Assembly: GCA_050951545.1 (NCBI GenBank)
Contig: JBMNJG010000004.1
Location: 64,001-128,000 of the forward strand
DNA length: 64,000 nucleotides
Direction: 5' to 3'
Source: Limnochordia bacterium
Lineage (GTDB): Bacteria; Bacillota; Limnochordia; DTU080
Position numbers and translations under genes: made by a program. Every line of letters begins with the position of its first letter. The first letter of the stretch is position 1. Under the pieces are notes generated by a model. That model was not told where the DNA came from and made no database searches. It saw nothing but the letters and a program-made list of their open reading frames with translations. This document shows, in pieces, positions 20,755-31,218 of the stretch.

Positions 20755-22119
20755 CTATGGCGTTGGTGAGCTGTGCAGGAGACCAGTACCACTTTTTGTT
20801 TGCAGGTGGATGCCTCGCCGAGCCAACTTCGTTGTGTATATGGTCTCATCGGAAAGGCATCCGGCCACGATGGCGCTGATCACACAGCTGATCATCAGCG
20901 GCAAGATGATTTGGTAGTCACGGGTGAGTTCAAAGAGCATCACGATGGCCGTAACAGGGGCCTGTGTTGCCCCCGCAAACAGCGCTCCCATGCCTACGAG
21001 AGCGTAGGCACCCGATGCGCCCGTGGCAGTTGGGTAGAGGGCGTGCACGAGACTGCCAAAGGCCCCACCCAGCATCGCCCCTACATACAGCGAGGGGGCA
21101 AACACGCCTCCAGAACCTCCGGAGCCGACACTGAGAGCAGTGGCCATTATCTTCAGTGCCACTAGAGCGATCAGCAAGCCGGGCAGCATCTGATTGTGCA
21201 AGGCGGCTCTGATGCTGTCAAACCCCATACCAAGGATCTGTGGAAAAAACACGCCCAGGGCACCCACCATCAGACCCCCGATGGCGGGTTTGATATAGGG
21301 GGGCATGAAGTCTATTTCCTCCCAGATGTCCCCGGTCCTGTAGAGGACGCGGCTAAAGACGGTGGCCACTAGGGCTGCAGCCGCCCCCAAGAGCGCGTAC
21401 AATACGAGTTCGCCAGAATGGACGATGCTGTAGGGAGGTACGGCAAACGCTGGCTGGCTGCCCAGAAAGACCTGTGAAGTAACCGAAGCCAATACAGACG
21501 AGATGACAATCAGGCTGAAGGTGCCCGTGGAGAACTCTCTCAGGATCAGCTCCAATGCAAACAACACTCCGGCCAGCGGTGCGTTAAAGGTGGCTGAAAT
21601 GCCGGCTGCTGCACCACATCCCACAAGGACCTTGCAGATCTCGCCTGGCACCTTTAGGATCTGACCGACAACGGAGCCCACCGCTGCTCCCAACTGCACG
21701 ACGGGTCCTTCGCTACCGACCGAGCCACCAGAACCGATGTAGAAGGCAGCGGCTAAGGTCTTCACCACCATTACTCGTGGCCTGATCACGCCTTCTCGAA
21801 GCGCAACGGCTTCCATGACCTCTGGCACGCCGCAGCCCTTAGCTTCTCGGGCCAAGAAGTGGATCAGCGGGCCCACAAGCAGACCGCCAATGGCAGGAAT
21901 AAGGATGATGTAGTACTTGCCCATGAAGCGAAGAAGACCGTCGCCAAGCCCGAAAAGCAGGACATGGAAGTTGTCGATGAGCCAGTGGAATACCACAGTG
22001 AGTAAGCCAGCACCTACGCCCACAGTGATCGCCAAAACGACGAGTATGGCGATGCTAGATCGCCTGGTCAGATTAGCATTCTGCAGAGACTCTTCATTTG
22101 ATACGACGTCACACTTCAC
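20755..22119 (-). CDS. ClC-family chloride channel / H+:Cl- antiporter (no CBS domains)
   Basis: GCGVPEV, GSEGP, AAAGISATFNAPLAG and GGVFAP signatures. Confidence 0.9.
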   Translation of the reverse strand: MKCDVVSNEESLQNANLTRRSSIAILVVLAITVGVGAGLLTVVFHWLIDNFHVLLFGLGDGLLRFMGKYYIILIPAIGGLLVGPLIHFLAREAKGCGVPEVMEAVALREGVIRPRVMVVKTLAAAFYIGSGGSVGSEGPVVQLGAAVGSVVGQILKVPGEICKVLVGCGAAAGISATFNAPLAGVLFALELILREFSTGTFSLIVISSVLASVTSQVFLGSQPAFAVPPYSIVHSGELVLYALLGAAAALVATVFSRVLYRTGDIWEEIDFMPPYIKPAIGGLMVGALGVFFPQILGMGFDSIRAALHNQMLPGLLIALVALKIMATALSVGSGGSGGVFAPSLYVGAMLGGAFGSLVHALYPTATGASGAYALVGMGALFAGATQAPVTAIVMLFELTRDYQIILPLMISCVISAIVAGCLSDETIYTTKLARRGIHLQTKSGTGLLHSSPTP

Positions 22120-22415
22120 TTTCTATCAATCCGCCTAGATGGTGATCTTCCTGCATCGTTCTGGGTCCCCCGTCGATACCAGAAACGTGGCAGGCTCCAT
22201 TATAATATCATGTTAGCATTGCGAAAACAGGGGGTCAATGACGGGACTCCTCGCCGCAACTCTGACAGCCTATGAGCGGGCTCGGTGGACTACTGCGGGC
22301 AGGTGATTGCGTGTGGCCATGGAAGCTAGGGGAGATTGTAGAAATGAGGGGGACGTTTTCCATGGAAATGTTGGGTTTGGAGTGCTGCCCACTGATAGAG
22401 GGCGTACGATCTGCT

Positions 22416-23198
22416 GTGGTCGAGTTCAGAGTTGGCTTACTTACATTCCTCATGGTTCTTGTTGCTGCAGGGCTCTGCCCCACGGTGGCGATGGCAGCAA
22501 GGAAGGCGGATCAGCCAGTGACCGTCTACTTGGCGGGCGATTCGACCGTAGCCAGTTACCCGGCCAGTCGGGCTCCATTGACGGGTTGGGGACAGGTTCT
22601 GGAGCGCTTTTTCACTGACGCCATCACCGTGAAAAACGAGGCTGTCTCTGGACGGAGCTCAAAAAGCTTCATCGACGAAGGGCGTCTCACTGCGATCCTC
22701 AATGCCATCCAGCCTGGGGATTACCTGTTCATCCAGTTCGCTCATAACGATGAGAAGAGCGCTGACCCCAAACGTTACACTGAGCCACAGACGAGCTTCA
22801 AGGCGTATCTCAGGCAGTATGTGGACGGTGCTCGAGTCAAAGGAGCGTATCCGATCCTGGTTACCCCTATGCACCGAAGGGGTTTCGTAGCAGACGGGAC
22901 GATCAGGTTCTCCCATGGCGAGTATCCGAACGCCATACTGGAGCTAGCTGACGAAATGCAGGTGCCTGTGGTTGATCTTCATCAGAAGAGCCAGGCGTTG
23001 TTCGAGGCAGTAGGGGTTTCCGGCACGAAGCGCTTGTTCCTTTGGCTGGACAAAGGTGAGCACCCCAACTACCCAGACGGGAAAGAGGACAATACCCATT
23101 TCAGTGAGCACGGAGCAGTCGAGATTGCCAGACTCGTGGTAGAGGGACTGAGGGAAGCGAAAATACCGCTTGCGGATTATCTGAAGGATGAGGGATAG
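22416..23198 (+). CDS. Rhamnogalacturonan acetylesterase-like SGNH esterase (start uncertain; ORF open from 22272)
   Basis: GDSTV, GWG, A.SGRSSKSF, QFAHND and DNTH motifs, plus a signal peptide. Confidence 0.85.
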   Translation: MVEFRVGLLTFLMVLVAAGLCPTVAMAARKADQPVTVYLAGDSTVASYPASRAPLTGWGQVLERFFTDAITVKNEAVSGRSSKSFIDEGRLTAILNAIQPGDYLFIQFAHNDEKSADPKRYTEPQTSFKAYLRQYVDGARVKGAYPILVTPMHRRGFVADGTIRFSHGEYPNAILELADEMQVPVVDLHQKSQALFEAVGVSGTKRLFLWLDKGEHPNYPDGKEDNTHFSEHGAVEIARLVVEGLREAKIPLADYLKDEG

Positions 23199-23218
23199 AG
23201 TGTGAGGGATACTCAGAA

Positions 23219-23695
23219 ATGCTAAGTGGCAGGGCGTATCAGCTGACGCTTCCCAGAAAGCGGATGGCAGCTGGGGCTCTTTTTCTAGACGACGCTCAGG
23301 GAATTCTGATCGTGAAGCCGACCTATCGTGACCGATGGCTGATTCCCGGCGGGGTAGTAGAGGAAGGTGAATCACCTGCTGCAGCTTGCGCGCGGGAGGT
23401 GCGCGAGGAGCTGGGTCTCGACGTCTGTCTGGGGCGGCTTCTTTGTCTTGAGTACCAGTCTCCAACCGAAGACCGCACGGAATCTCTGCAATTTGTTTTC
23501 TATTGTGGAGTTCTAGCAGCAGATCAGATAGCAGCGATAGTGGTCGCTGGTGATGAGCTCTCAGAGTACGTGTTTGCTCAGCAAGAGGAAGCCGTGTTGA
23601 AGCTCGTACCCCGGCTTGCTACGCGCGTCTGCCTGGCATTGAGTGCCCTCGAGCGCGGTGTGACCATCTACGCCGAAAACGGTGTCGAGGTGTAA
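23219..23695 (+). CDS. NUDIX hydrolase
   Basis: Nudix box PGGVVEEGESPAAACAREVREELGL. Confidence 0.88.
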   Translation: MLSGRAYQLTLPRKRMAAGALFLDDAQGILIVKPTYRDRWLIPGGVVEEGESPAAACAREVREELGLDVCLGRLLCLEYQSPTEDRTESLQFVFYCGVLAADQIAAIVVAGDELSEYVFAQQEEAVLKLVPRLATRVCLALSALERGVTIYAENGVEV

Positions 23696-23769
23696 ACAGC
23701 GCTGTGAATTGTGGACTTGCGGCGCGCTCGCCCTTAGGTGGGCGAACACGCCGCGTTCCTGTCTTCCCA

Positions 23770-24522
23770 TCAAGGTGCGGTCTGTTCCAAGAGCAGCTGG
23801 ATATGAGGTGCCACTTCCTCCAGGGCAGACTGCGCCGACTTGCGGTTAGCAGTCACCTCACGCGCAGCTGTAGTCATAATGTCATTGATGGTCCAGAAAG
23901 CCGGGGATTTGCGTATCTGGACAATGCCGCCATGCAGCCCCGCCTGCTCAAGCACCACATCCAGGGTAATGGGTCTGCCCACCCTCTCGCGCCAGTGATT
24001 TCGCCATGCAGGCAGGTTGCTTCGCAGTGATGGAATGGCGCCTGCCGCCGTAGCGTACTCCAGGTTGGCCTTCTCATTCCACGTTAGCCAGCGGACAAGC
24101 TCCCAGGCCCCTTCCACATTCGTTGACGTCGAAAGGATGCCATAGCCGATGGGGAAGATGGCTGCCTTTGCAGTGTCTTTCACCCGGAACCAGGGCATGA
24201 ACTCCCAGTCACAGTCCGCCTGGGCAAGGGCTGTGAGAGACCAAGTGCCTAGACCTGCCATGGAGCCCTTGGCGGAGATGAAGTTGCCTTGGCCACCTCC
24301 ATTGGCCATGACTCGGTGTTCGTAGACCAAATCCTGCAGGGACTGCAGAGAGGCCACTGCCTCCGGTCGCGTTCCTTCAAAGGTCCTTAGATCGTCAGAG
24401 ACCCAGCGACCACCCCAGGTGTAGGGAAGGGTGATCCAGCTATCCCAGAAAATGCCCGCAACGCCGTACTGATCGATGCTACCGTCGGTGGCTTGCAGTG
24501 TGAGCTTTTTTGCATATTGCAC
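23770..24522 (-). pseudogene. C-terminal half of a sugar ABC solute-binding protein (5'-truncated)
   Basis: Starts mid-protein at (FV)QYAKKLT...DGSIDQYG, with no signal peptide or RBS. Confidence 0.7.
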
Positions 24523-24523
24523 G

Positions 24524-25441
24524 AACCTGACCAGATTCGCTCAATTGGCGAAGGGGTTGCGGCCGCTGTTTGATGGCGAGGAACTCCTGGATGCCCGTGA
24601 CAGGTCAACACCCTATACGCCCTGGGATCCCGAGGTAACGGTGCGTCAGCGCACCGTCAAGGTACCCGAAGATTACCTTCCGGGTGCCAAATCGGTGGTT
24701 GTGTTCGGATTACGTCTCCACTCAGAAGTCATACGGTGGGCTACCAAACCTCCGGCTGAAGCCGTAGGCCCCTATGCTTTCCAGACATACGTGACGAACT
24801 GGGTCGGTGCGCTAGTCGGTGCTCGCCTCGTGAAGCGCCTCGAGGAGTTGGGCCACAAAGCGGTCATGGTGCGTGACCTCATGGGCACGGCATCAGTCAC
24901 GGCCAATCCGCGGGGGTTGCAGGCTGATCTGCGCTCAAACCGATTTGCGGCCTTAGCGGCAGGAGTGGGCTATCTTACAGATGCTGGCCATATCGCAACG
25001 CGCCAGTTTGGGATCAGACAGCGCTTCATTGCTATTGTGACAGACGCCCAACTTGAGGCTTCCGCACTTTACACGCTGACCGAAGGAGAGCGGCTGTGCG
25101 ACAACTGCGATCACGCATGTGTGAATATGTGCCCCACGAATGCTCTGGCTGGTCGGCAGGTTCATCTGCGATGTGAAAACCACGTGCACCGTTTCACACC
25201 TGTAGACGGCAAGCGTTGCGATTGGGCCAAACGCTATGTGGTGGCTGGTGACAGCGGTTTCAAGTATGTCGGATCTGAAGTCGATATTGTGCCCGGAGCG
25301 GAAGTGACTGCGGAGAGTCTGGCAGACGCCTTGCGTCAGCATGATCCCATTACCAAATATCGGCCAGTGGTGGCCGAGCCATGTGTCATCACGTGCCCGT
25401 ACGCAAATGCCGATGTAAGGGCGCAGTTCTTAGCGGTGTAG
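24524..25441 (+). pseudogene. 5'-truncated QueG / reductive-dehalogenase-like 4Fe-4S protein
   Basis: PEDYLPGAKSVVV, AALAAGVG, FG.RQRF.AIVTDA.L, CDNCDHACVNMCP, CDW and C...CP motifs. No plausible start. Confidence 0.6.
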
Positions 25442-26371
25442 AGGCTTAGCTACTGGCGCCAGTGGCAGGGCTTCCTGTGTATCATCCCCAGCTGTGGCAG
25501 CATGTCTGGCGCGATACCTCGAAGGGCTCTCACCAGTGATTCTGCGGAACACGCTGGCGAAATATGGATAGCTTGTGTACCCAACGTTGGACGCAATGCT
25601 GGACAAGGGAATGGTGGTGCTTGCACAGAGCTGGCGAGCGCTCTCGATTCGTACCAAAGCAATCTGATGGGTGATGGTATGCCCTAGGCGCCGCCTAAAC
25701 AGGCGGGCCAGGTACGAGGGATCAAGGTGAACATGAGCTGCTACATCGCCCGCTCCGATGCCCTCATGGTAGTGATTCCCTATGAATTTCAGGGCCTCAG
25801 CGATAGGATCTGCGGGCTCGGTGATGGCCAGTGATTCAAGGGTCCAGCGGCTGGTCACCTCAACTAGATAGCGCAGCGATAGATCAAGCAGAGTAGCTGC
25901 AGCGGAAAGAGTCTGCCGATCCATCATCGGCAATGCCTGGAGGTACTGGAGGAATTCGGACGGATCGGGGCCATAGGGCCTTATCCGTGCAAGCACGCTT
26001 TCCCAGCTCGTCTCACCTCTGAGACGAGCTTGTCCACAGAAAGCAACGGCAATCAACTCGCCATGGCGCATCACCGGAATCACGATCTCTGTGAGCCCTG
26101 CGTGGCATGTGCGAAAGAATCGCCGCTTGTACTGCCCGGCGAGAGCTACGGTCTCCTCAGTGTCGCACTTGACACAGGCGTCTAGGCCTCCTGGGAGATC
26201 ATGCAGCCTCTGACAGAAACTGCACATGTGGCCTCGATTTCCTCTGATAGCTGAGCCGTGGACCCCCTCCAGGAGACTCTTCAGGTCGTAGATGCACACA
26301 CTAGCACCCGACACCCGTGATACCGCTTGGATAGCTTCCTCTAGCAACTTGGGCTTTCTCGCATCCTCCAT
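25430..26371 (-). CDS. AraC-family regulator with PocR sensor domain
   Basis: FC...C..CD and CHAGL (PocR). C-terminal AraC HTH YLARLF...IASNVGY..YPYF..VFRR.TG.SP. Confidence 0.88.
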   Translation of the reverse strand: MEDARKPKLLEEAIQAVSRVSGASVCIYDLKSLLEGVHGSAIRGNRGHMCSFCQRLHDLPGGLDACVKCDTEETVALAGQYKRRFFRTCHAGLTEIVIPVMRHGELIAVAFCGQARLRGETSWESVLARIRPYGPDPSEFLQYLQALPMMDRQTLSAAATLLDLSLRYLVEVTSRWTLESLAITEPADPIAEALKFIGNHYHEGIGAGDVAAHVHLDPSYLARLFRRRLGHTITHQIALVRIESARQLCASTTIPLSSIASNVGYTSYPYFASVFRRITGESPSRYRARHAATAGDDTQEALPLAPVAKPLHR

Positions 26372-26436
26372 CAGGAACCCCTGCCTTTCGCTGCGCCTGA
26401 CGGGGCGTCACTGTGAATCACATTTCCCGGCAACTA

Positions 26437-27615
26437 TCAGATCGTCCTGCTGCTAGCCAGCGCCACGTCCAGCACCTTACGTATGGCTACTGGCAGTCCC
26501 GTCTGATGGGCCTCGGTGGGAGACAGCCACACTGGGGAGGAGAACGCCTCGGAGGATGACGGGGTATGGTTGTTGGCGAGCGTAGCACCCGCGATCGGTT
26601 GACTCTCTTCTGCAACCTGTCCGTCTGCCCACTGTAGTGTGTATACCTGCACATCCCAGATCCGATGGGAGAAGGCGTGATGTGCGCCGCCGAGATCCTC
26701 ACCCGCAGTTACTGACAGCCCTAGGCTTGCCACGCTTCGCACCAGACGCTCCAGTGCATCAGCGACAGTCTCGCCTTCATTCAGCTCGACGGCTGGTAGC
26801 TCAGGAAACCCAGCAAGGGGTCCCTCTTGGCGTTGCACGAAGAGAAGACGCTCGTCGCGCCATAGGGCTGCCGCAACTCGTTTGACCCGCTTGGCTTGCT
26901 TGCGTGGCGAACGTGTTGGCAGTTGCTGTTCGAGCCCTGCCTGATGCGCTAAGCACCAGTGACTGAGGGGACAATCTACGCAGCCGGGTCGACGGGACGT
27001 GCAGACCAGGGCCCCCAACTCCATGACTGCCTGGTTGAAGCGCCCTGCCTGTCGCGGCGGCAGCAGTGAGTGTGCTGCTGTGCGCAACCGGGCGTGAGTC
27101 GCTGACTTGTCGATCGGTTCGCTAACACATAACAGGCGTGAAAGAACGCGTTTGGCGTTGGCATCTACTGCAGGATAAGGCTTCCCATAGGCCATGCTCA
27201 GTACGGCACCCGCGGTATAGTCCCCAACACCAGGCAAGGCGTGGAAACTCTCCCACGTTGAGGGGATGTCTCCGCCGTGCACCTCCATCACTTGCTGAGC
27301 TGCCAGGTGCAGTTGCCGCATGCGGGTGTAGTAGCCAAGCCCTGACCACGCAGCGGCGAGAAGCTGAGCGTCGGCTGAAGCAAGATCCCCTACTGTGGGA
27401 AATAGCTCCATGAAACGCAGGAAATAGGGGATGACCGTGACGACTTGCGTCTGCTGGAGCATCACTTCGGAGACCCAGATGGCGTAGGGGTCGCTGGTTC
27501 TGCGCCATGGCAGATCACGGGCGTTTTCGCTGTACCACTGCAGCAGGGCGGTCTGCAAGGCCTCGCTGTCTTCTAAGAGCAGAATCCCTCGGGTTCTCGG
27601 TGAACAACAGGTCAT
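26437..27615 (-). CDS. mutY: A/G-specific adenine glycosylase (start approximate)
   Basis: RDLPWRRTSDPYAIWVSEVMLQQT, WSGLGYY, LPGVGDYTA, VDAN and C-X6-C-X2-C-X5-C motifs. Confidence 0.93.
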   Translation of the reverse strand: MTCCSPRTRGILLLEDSEALQTALLQWYSENARDLPWRRTSDPYAIWVSEVMLQQTQVVTVIPYFLRFMELFPTVGDLASADAQLLAAAWSGLGYYTRMRQLHLAAQQVMEVHGGDIPSTWESFHALPGVGDYTAGAVLSMAYGKPYPAVDANAKRVLSRLLCVSEPIDKSATHARLRTAAHSLLPPRQAGRFNQAVMELGALVCTSRRPGCVDCPLSHWCLAHQAGLEQQLPTRSPRKQAKRVKRVAAALWRDERLLFVQRQEGPLAGFPELPAVELNEGETVADALERLVRSVASLGLSVTAGEDLGGAHHAFSHRIWDVQVYTLQWADGQVAEESQPIAGATLANNHTPSSSEAFSSPVWLSPTEAHQTGLPVAIRKVLDVALASSRTI

Positions 27616-27804
27616 CTTCTGTGGGCTCCCCCATGAGGCGCTGATACGAAGCGCTTTCTCTTCGTCGAGTTTGGTTCCGGGTGCCGGCCGTCTGTTCCTG
27701 CCAAGCGTAGCCATGATGAGTGGTCCAGGGGCTCGCCTAACTCGCAGGATTCCGCTGCAATAGGGGTAATCTCTTGAGTATCCAACTCTTGGGAGGTAGT
27801 GCCC

Positions 27805-29271
27805 ATGTCCGATGCACACCAGCGTCCGAACATCGTCATCATCTACGCGGATGACCTCGGTTTCGGCGATCTCAGCTGTTATGGTGCTACGCACCTTAGG
27901 ACACCTAACCTTGACAAACTCGCTGCCCAAGGCTTGCAGTTCACACAGGGCTATGCTACTGCGGCGACGTGCACGCCATCTCGCTACAGCCTACTGACGG
28001 GGTCTTACCCTTGGCGTAACCCAGATGCTCGGATCTTAGCAGGCGACGCACCGATGATCATCCCCACAGACATGCCCACGTTGCCAGGGATGCTACGGCA
28101 GGCTGGCTACAGCACAGGCATAGTCGGCAAATGGCATCTGGGTCTGGGCAGGGGTGACCTCGACTGGAATGCAGACATCGCCCCGTCGCCGCTCGACGTG
28201 GGCTTTGACACATCCTTCATTATGGCCGCTACCAACGACCGCGTCCCCTGCGTCTACGTGGACGGGCGCCGCGTAGCGGGGCTGGTCGCAGAGGATCCCA
28301 TCGAAGTCAACTACAAACAGCCTTTCCCTGGTCTACCCACGGGCAGGGATAACCCAGAACTTTTGCGGATGAGGTACAGTCATGGACACGACATGGCGCT
28401 CGTCAACGGCATCAGTCGGATTGGTTACATGCGTGGAGGTATGCAAGCCCTCTGGAAAGATGAGGAGATGGCGGAGGTTTTCCTGGAGAAGGCGCTGTCG
28501 TTCGTCAATGAACACCAGGATGAGCCCTTCTTCCTTTACTACGCCCTACATCAGCCACACGTGCCCCGTGTGCCTGGGCCGCGCTTTGCTGGTACCACAG
28601 GTCTGGGCCCTCGCGGTGATGTAATCGCCGAGCTCGATTGGTGCGTAGGGGAGATGCTTGATACGCTAGATCAGCTCGGATTAGCAGAGAAGACGATCGT
28701 CATTTTCTCGAGTGACAACGGCCCTGTGTTGGATGACGGTTACCAGGACCAAGCCGTGGAACTGAGCGAGGGGCACCGCCCCGCTGGACCCCTGCGTGGT
28801 GGCAAGTATAGCCTCTTTGATGGAGGTACCCGCGTTCCCCTTCTCGTGCGGTGGGTCGGCCGCATAGCGCCAGCGCAGACCGCTGCAAAAGTCTGCCATG
28901 TGGACTTTTTCGCTTCTTTCGCGGCGCTCCTCCAGCAGTCGCTAGAGGCCGACGCGGCCGTGGATAGCCTCGACATGCTCTCGGCATTTTTGGGAACGGA
29001 TCCAGTGGGGAGATTGGAAATGGTCGTGGAGGGAGCGGGTGCCAAGACTATCTTACACAGAGGCGATTGGGTGTTTATTCCACCATATAAAGGCCCTGGT
29101 GTTCTCAGGTTCACGGGCATCGAATCTGGCAACGCCCCCCATCCTCAGCTCTACAACCTGCGTGCTGATACGGCTCAGCAAGAGAACCTCGCGTCCGCGT
29201 ACCCGGCGGTTGTTGAAAAGATGGCTTCCCGCTTGATCGCCATTCAGCAGAGCGAAAGGACGCGTCCCTAG
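27805..29271 (+). CDS. Arylsulfatase (Cys-type)
   Basis: PNIVIIYADDLG, CTPSRYSLLTG, GKWHLG and SSDNG motifs. Confidence 0.92.
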   Translation: MSDAHQRPNIVIIYADDLGFGDLSCYGATHLRTPNLDKLAAQGLQFTQGYATAATCTPSRYSLLTGSYPWRNPDARILAGDAPMIIPTDMPTLPGMLRQAGYSTGIVGKWHLGLGRGDLDWNADIAPSPLDVGFDTSFIMAATNDRVPCVYVDGRRVAGLVAEDPIEVNYKQPFPGLPTGRDNPELLRMRYSHGHDMALVNGISRIGYMRGGMQALWKDEEMAEVFLEKALSFVNEHQDEPFFLYYALHQPHVPRVPGPRFAGTTGLGPRGDVIAELDWCVGEMLDTLDQLGLAEKTIVIFSSDNGPVLDDGYQDQAVELSEGHRPAGPLRGGKYSLFDGGTRVPLLVRWVGRIAPAQTAAKVCHVDFFASFAALLQQSLEADAAVDSLDMLSAFLGTDPVGRLEMVVEGAGAKTILHRGDWVFIPPYKGPGVLRFTGIESGNAPHPQLYNLRADTAQQENLASAYPAVVEKMASRLIAIQQSERTRP

Positions 29272-29287
29272 CAAAAGGAGGTGCAGT

Positions 29288-29424
29288 ATGAAGTGGACTA
29301 TGGATGCATTGCTAGCAGCCTGTTGGCTATCTTCGGCGAGATCGGTGTGCAGCGAGTAGACTCGATCACGGCGACGATGGTGCGCAGCCTGATCATGGCG
29401 GGTACCCTGGTCTTCGCCTCCTAA
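29288..29424 (+). pseudogene. N-terminal remnant of an EamA/DMT small transporter
   Basis: Strong RBS AAAGGAGGTG, then MKWTMDALLAA, then frameshifted LAIFGEIGVQRVDSITATMVRSLIM. It ends at the mtnA stop. Confidence 0.55.
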
Positions 29425-30512
29425 TGCTGTGCCAAGCGCTCTCGCACAGCAGGGCTTGGGCTGAAGGGTGTGCTCATCGCCTCTGCCAACGACACATCAT
29501 ACGGTGGGCGCAAGAGACCGACTTCGGTGATCATCGCTGTGACCAGCTTGGCAGGGGTGACGTCGAAGGCTGGGTTGTAAGCCTCAATCGCTTCAGGTGC
29601 TGTGCGGACACCGAAGCCGTAGGTGATCTCAGTGGTCTCCCGTTCTTCAATGGTGACCTGCTCCCCACTGGGAGTCTCTAGATCAATGGACGAGCGAGGT
29701 GCCGCTACGTAGAAAGGAATGCCGTGGTGATGGGCCAGAACTGCTAGGCTGTAGGTGCCAATCTTGTTGACCACATCGCCGTTAGCGGCTACACGATCTG
29801 TACCGACGATAACCGCTTCGATCCACCCATGGTGCATCAGGGTACCAGCCATATTGTCACAGATCAAGACGACATGCACCCCAGCCTGTTGCAGCTCCCA
29901 CGCGGTGAGTCGGGCACCCTGCAAGACTGGCCGGGTCTCGTCTGCGAAGACCCGCAGCGGCCAGCCTTGTTCGTGAGCAAGATAGATGGGGGCGAGGGCA
30001 GTCCCCCATTGGGCGGTACCTAGTCCACCAGCGTTGCAGTGGGTAAGCAGACTCATTCCTGGTAGCAGCAGTTCTAGGCCGTGGTAGCCGATGGAAAGGC
30101 AGACGGCATTGTCTTCGGTGATCATCGCTCGCGCTTCGTCCAAGAGGGCGGCCTTCAGGAAGGCTACGTCAGTCGCTGCGGCTGCCTTCCGACGGGCAAA
30201 CTGCTGCAATCGGCGCAAGGCCCAGCATAGGTTGACAGCGGTGGGTCGAGCGGTTGCCAGGTATGCGGCCGCCTCATCGATCTCGAGCAGTAACGCCTCA
30301 GGTGTGGAGGCCTCAGAGGCTCGAGCTGCGAGATAGAGTCCGAAGGCAGCGGCGATGCCGATTGCTGGGGCTCCTCGGACCTTTAGGCGTCGGATGGCTT
30401 CCCACATCTCTTCACAGCTTTCGGGCGTGAAAAACACAGTCTCCGTGGGGAGGCGGGACTGATCAATCATCATGATCCGGTCGCATTCCCAGCTGATGGT
30501 CTTAGCGGGCAT
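29421..30512 (-). CDS. mtnA: S-methyl-5-thioribose-1-phosphate isomerase
   Basis: VRGAPAIG, RPTAVNL, LTHCNAG, ETRP.LQGARLT, NKIGT and NPAFDVTP motifs. Confidence 0.95.
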   Translation of the reverse strand: MPAKTISWECDRIMMIDQSRLPTETVFFTPESCEEMWEAIRRLKVRGAPAIGIAAAFGLYLAARASEASTPEALLLEIDEAAAYLATARPTAVNLCWALRRLQQFARRKAAAATDVAFLKAALLDEARAMITEDNAVCLSIGYHGLELLLPGMSLLTHCNAGGLGTAQWGTALAPIYLAHEQGWPLRVFADETRPVLQGARLTAWELQQAGVHVVLICDNMAGTLMHHGWIEAVIVGTDRVAANGDVVNKIGTYSLAVLAHHHGIPFYVAAPRSSIDLETPSGEQVTIEERETTEITYGFGVRTAPEAIEAYNPAFDVTPAKLVTAMITEVGLLRPPYDVSLAEAMSTPFSPSPAVRERLAQH

Positions 30513-30541
30513 GGCAGTACCTCCATTCTTGCTCTTGCCGA

Positions 30542-31117
30542 TCATTTCCCAGGCATCATTCGCCGCGACCAGCGGGCAGTTCTTGCGGCAGCGACCAGAG
30601 CTGCCTTCGCCTCACGCCTGGAGATGGACCAGTCGGGGTCGTGAGCTGCCATGTTGCCCAGGCGGCGCAGACGGTCGGCCTGATGGAAGAGATCAGATGG
30701 CATGTGCGGTCGGAGCACGAGAAGCAGCTCCTGCATGCCAGGCGGTTCGTTAGGGGTCCTGGCCAGAGAGAGCTTTTCCACAGCCTCGCGCAAGGCATGT
30801 TCTAATGCGCCGCGACCTCGAACTAAGGCCATGCCAGGATCAACCGCCAACAGCCGCCGCGCTCGCCGCAGCCCCTCGGCTATCGGATCCTGGCGGGGCC
30901 ACAGCCACCAGAGGAGCCAGACAGCCGCCAAGGTGAGGTAACTACCATAGAGACAGAGTGCAGCCCGCCACAGTGGAATCTGCCACCGCGTTACGGTGGC
31001 CCGAGTGAGAGGAGCCAGGAGCCAGGAACACATCAGATACGCCAGCCGACTGGGTGTGATCACGAAGGCGGGGTAGAGGAGGTTTGTTGCTCGGGTGCGC
31101 TTGCTTTGTGAGTTCAT
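30542..31117 (-). CDS. Membrane-anchored DUF4145/HEPN-like protein
   Basis: Hydrophobic N-terminal segments, with R.ALE..L and LRRLGNMAAH motifs. Confidence 0.6.
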   Translation of the reverse strand: MNSQSKRTRATNLLYPAFVITPSRLAYLMCSWLLAPLTRATVTRWQIPLWRAALCLYGSYLTLAAVWLLWWLWPRQDPIAEGLRRARRLLAVDPGMALVRGRGALEHALREAVEKLSLARTPNEPPGMQELLLVLRPHMPSDLFHQADRLRRLGNMAAHDPDWSISRREAKAALVAAARTARWSRRMMPGK

Positions 31118-31176
31118 CGCATGGCTCTCTTCCGCGGTGGATGCCAATCTGCCGAAATGGCTGTTGTCCAGATTCG

Positions 31177-31205
31177 AGCATACAGGCCAGGTAATGGAGT
31201 GTCAA
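31177..31205 (-). promoter_or_regulatory. Sigma-A/70 promoter for the DUF4145 gene and mtnA
   Basis: TTGACA-N17-TATGCT on the minus strand. Confidence 0.65.
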
Positions 31206-31218
31206 CAGCCCCTCTAGA

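Noticed and set aside
22120-22205. Fluoride riboswitch upstream of the ClC gene (ATGGAGCCTGCCA)
   Set aside because: The 5' pairing strand and the 3' pseudoknot motif are absent, and the ClC lacks CLC-F signatures.
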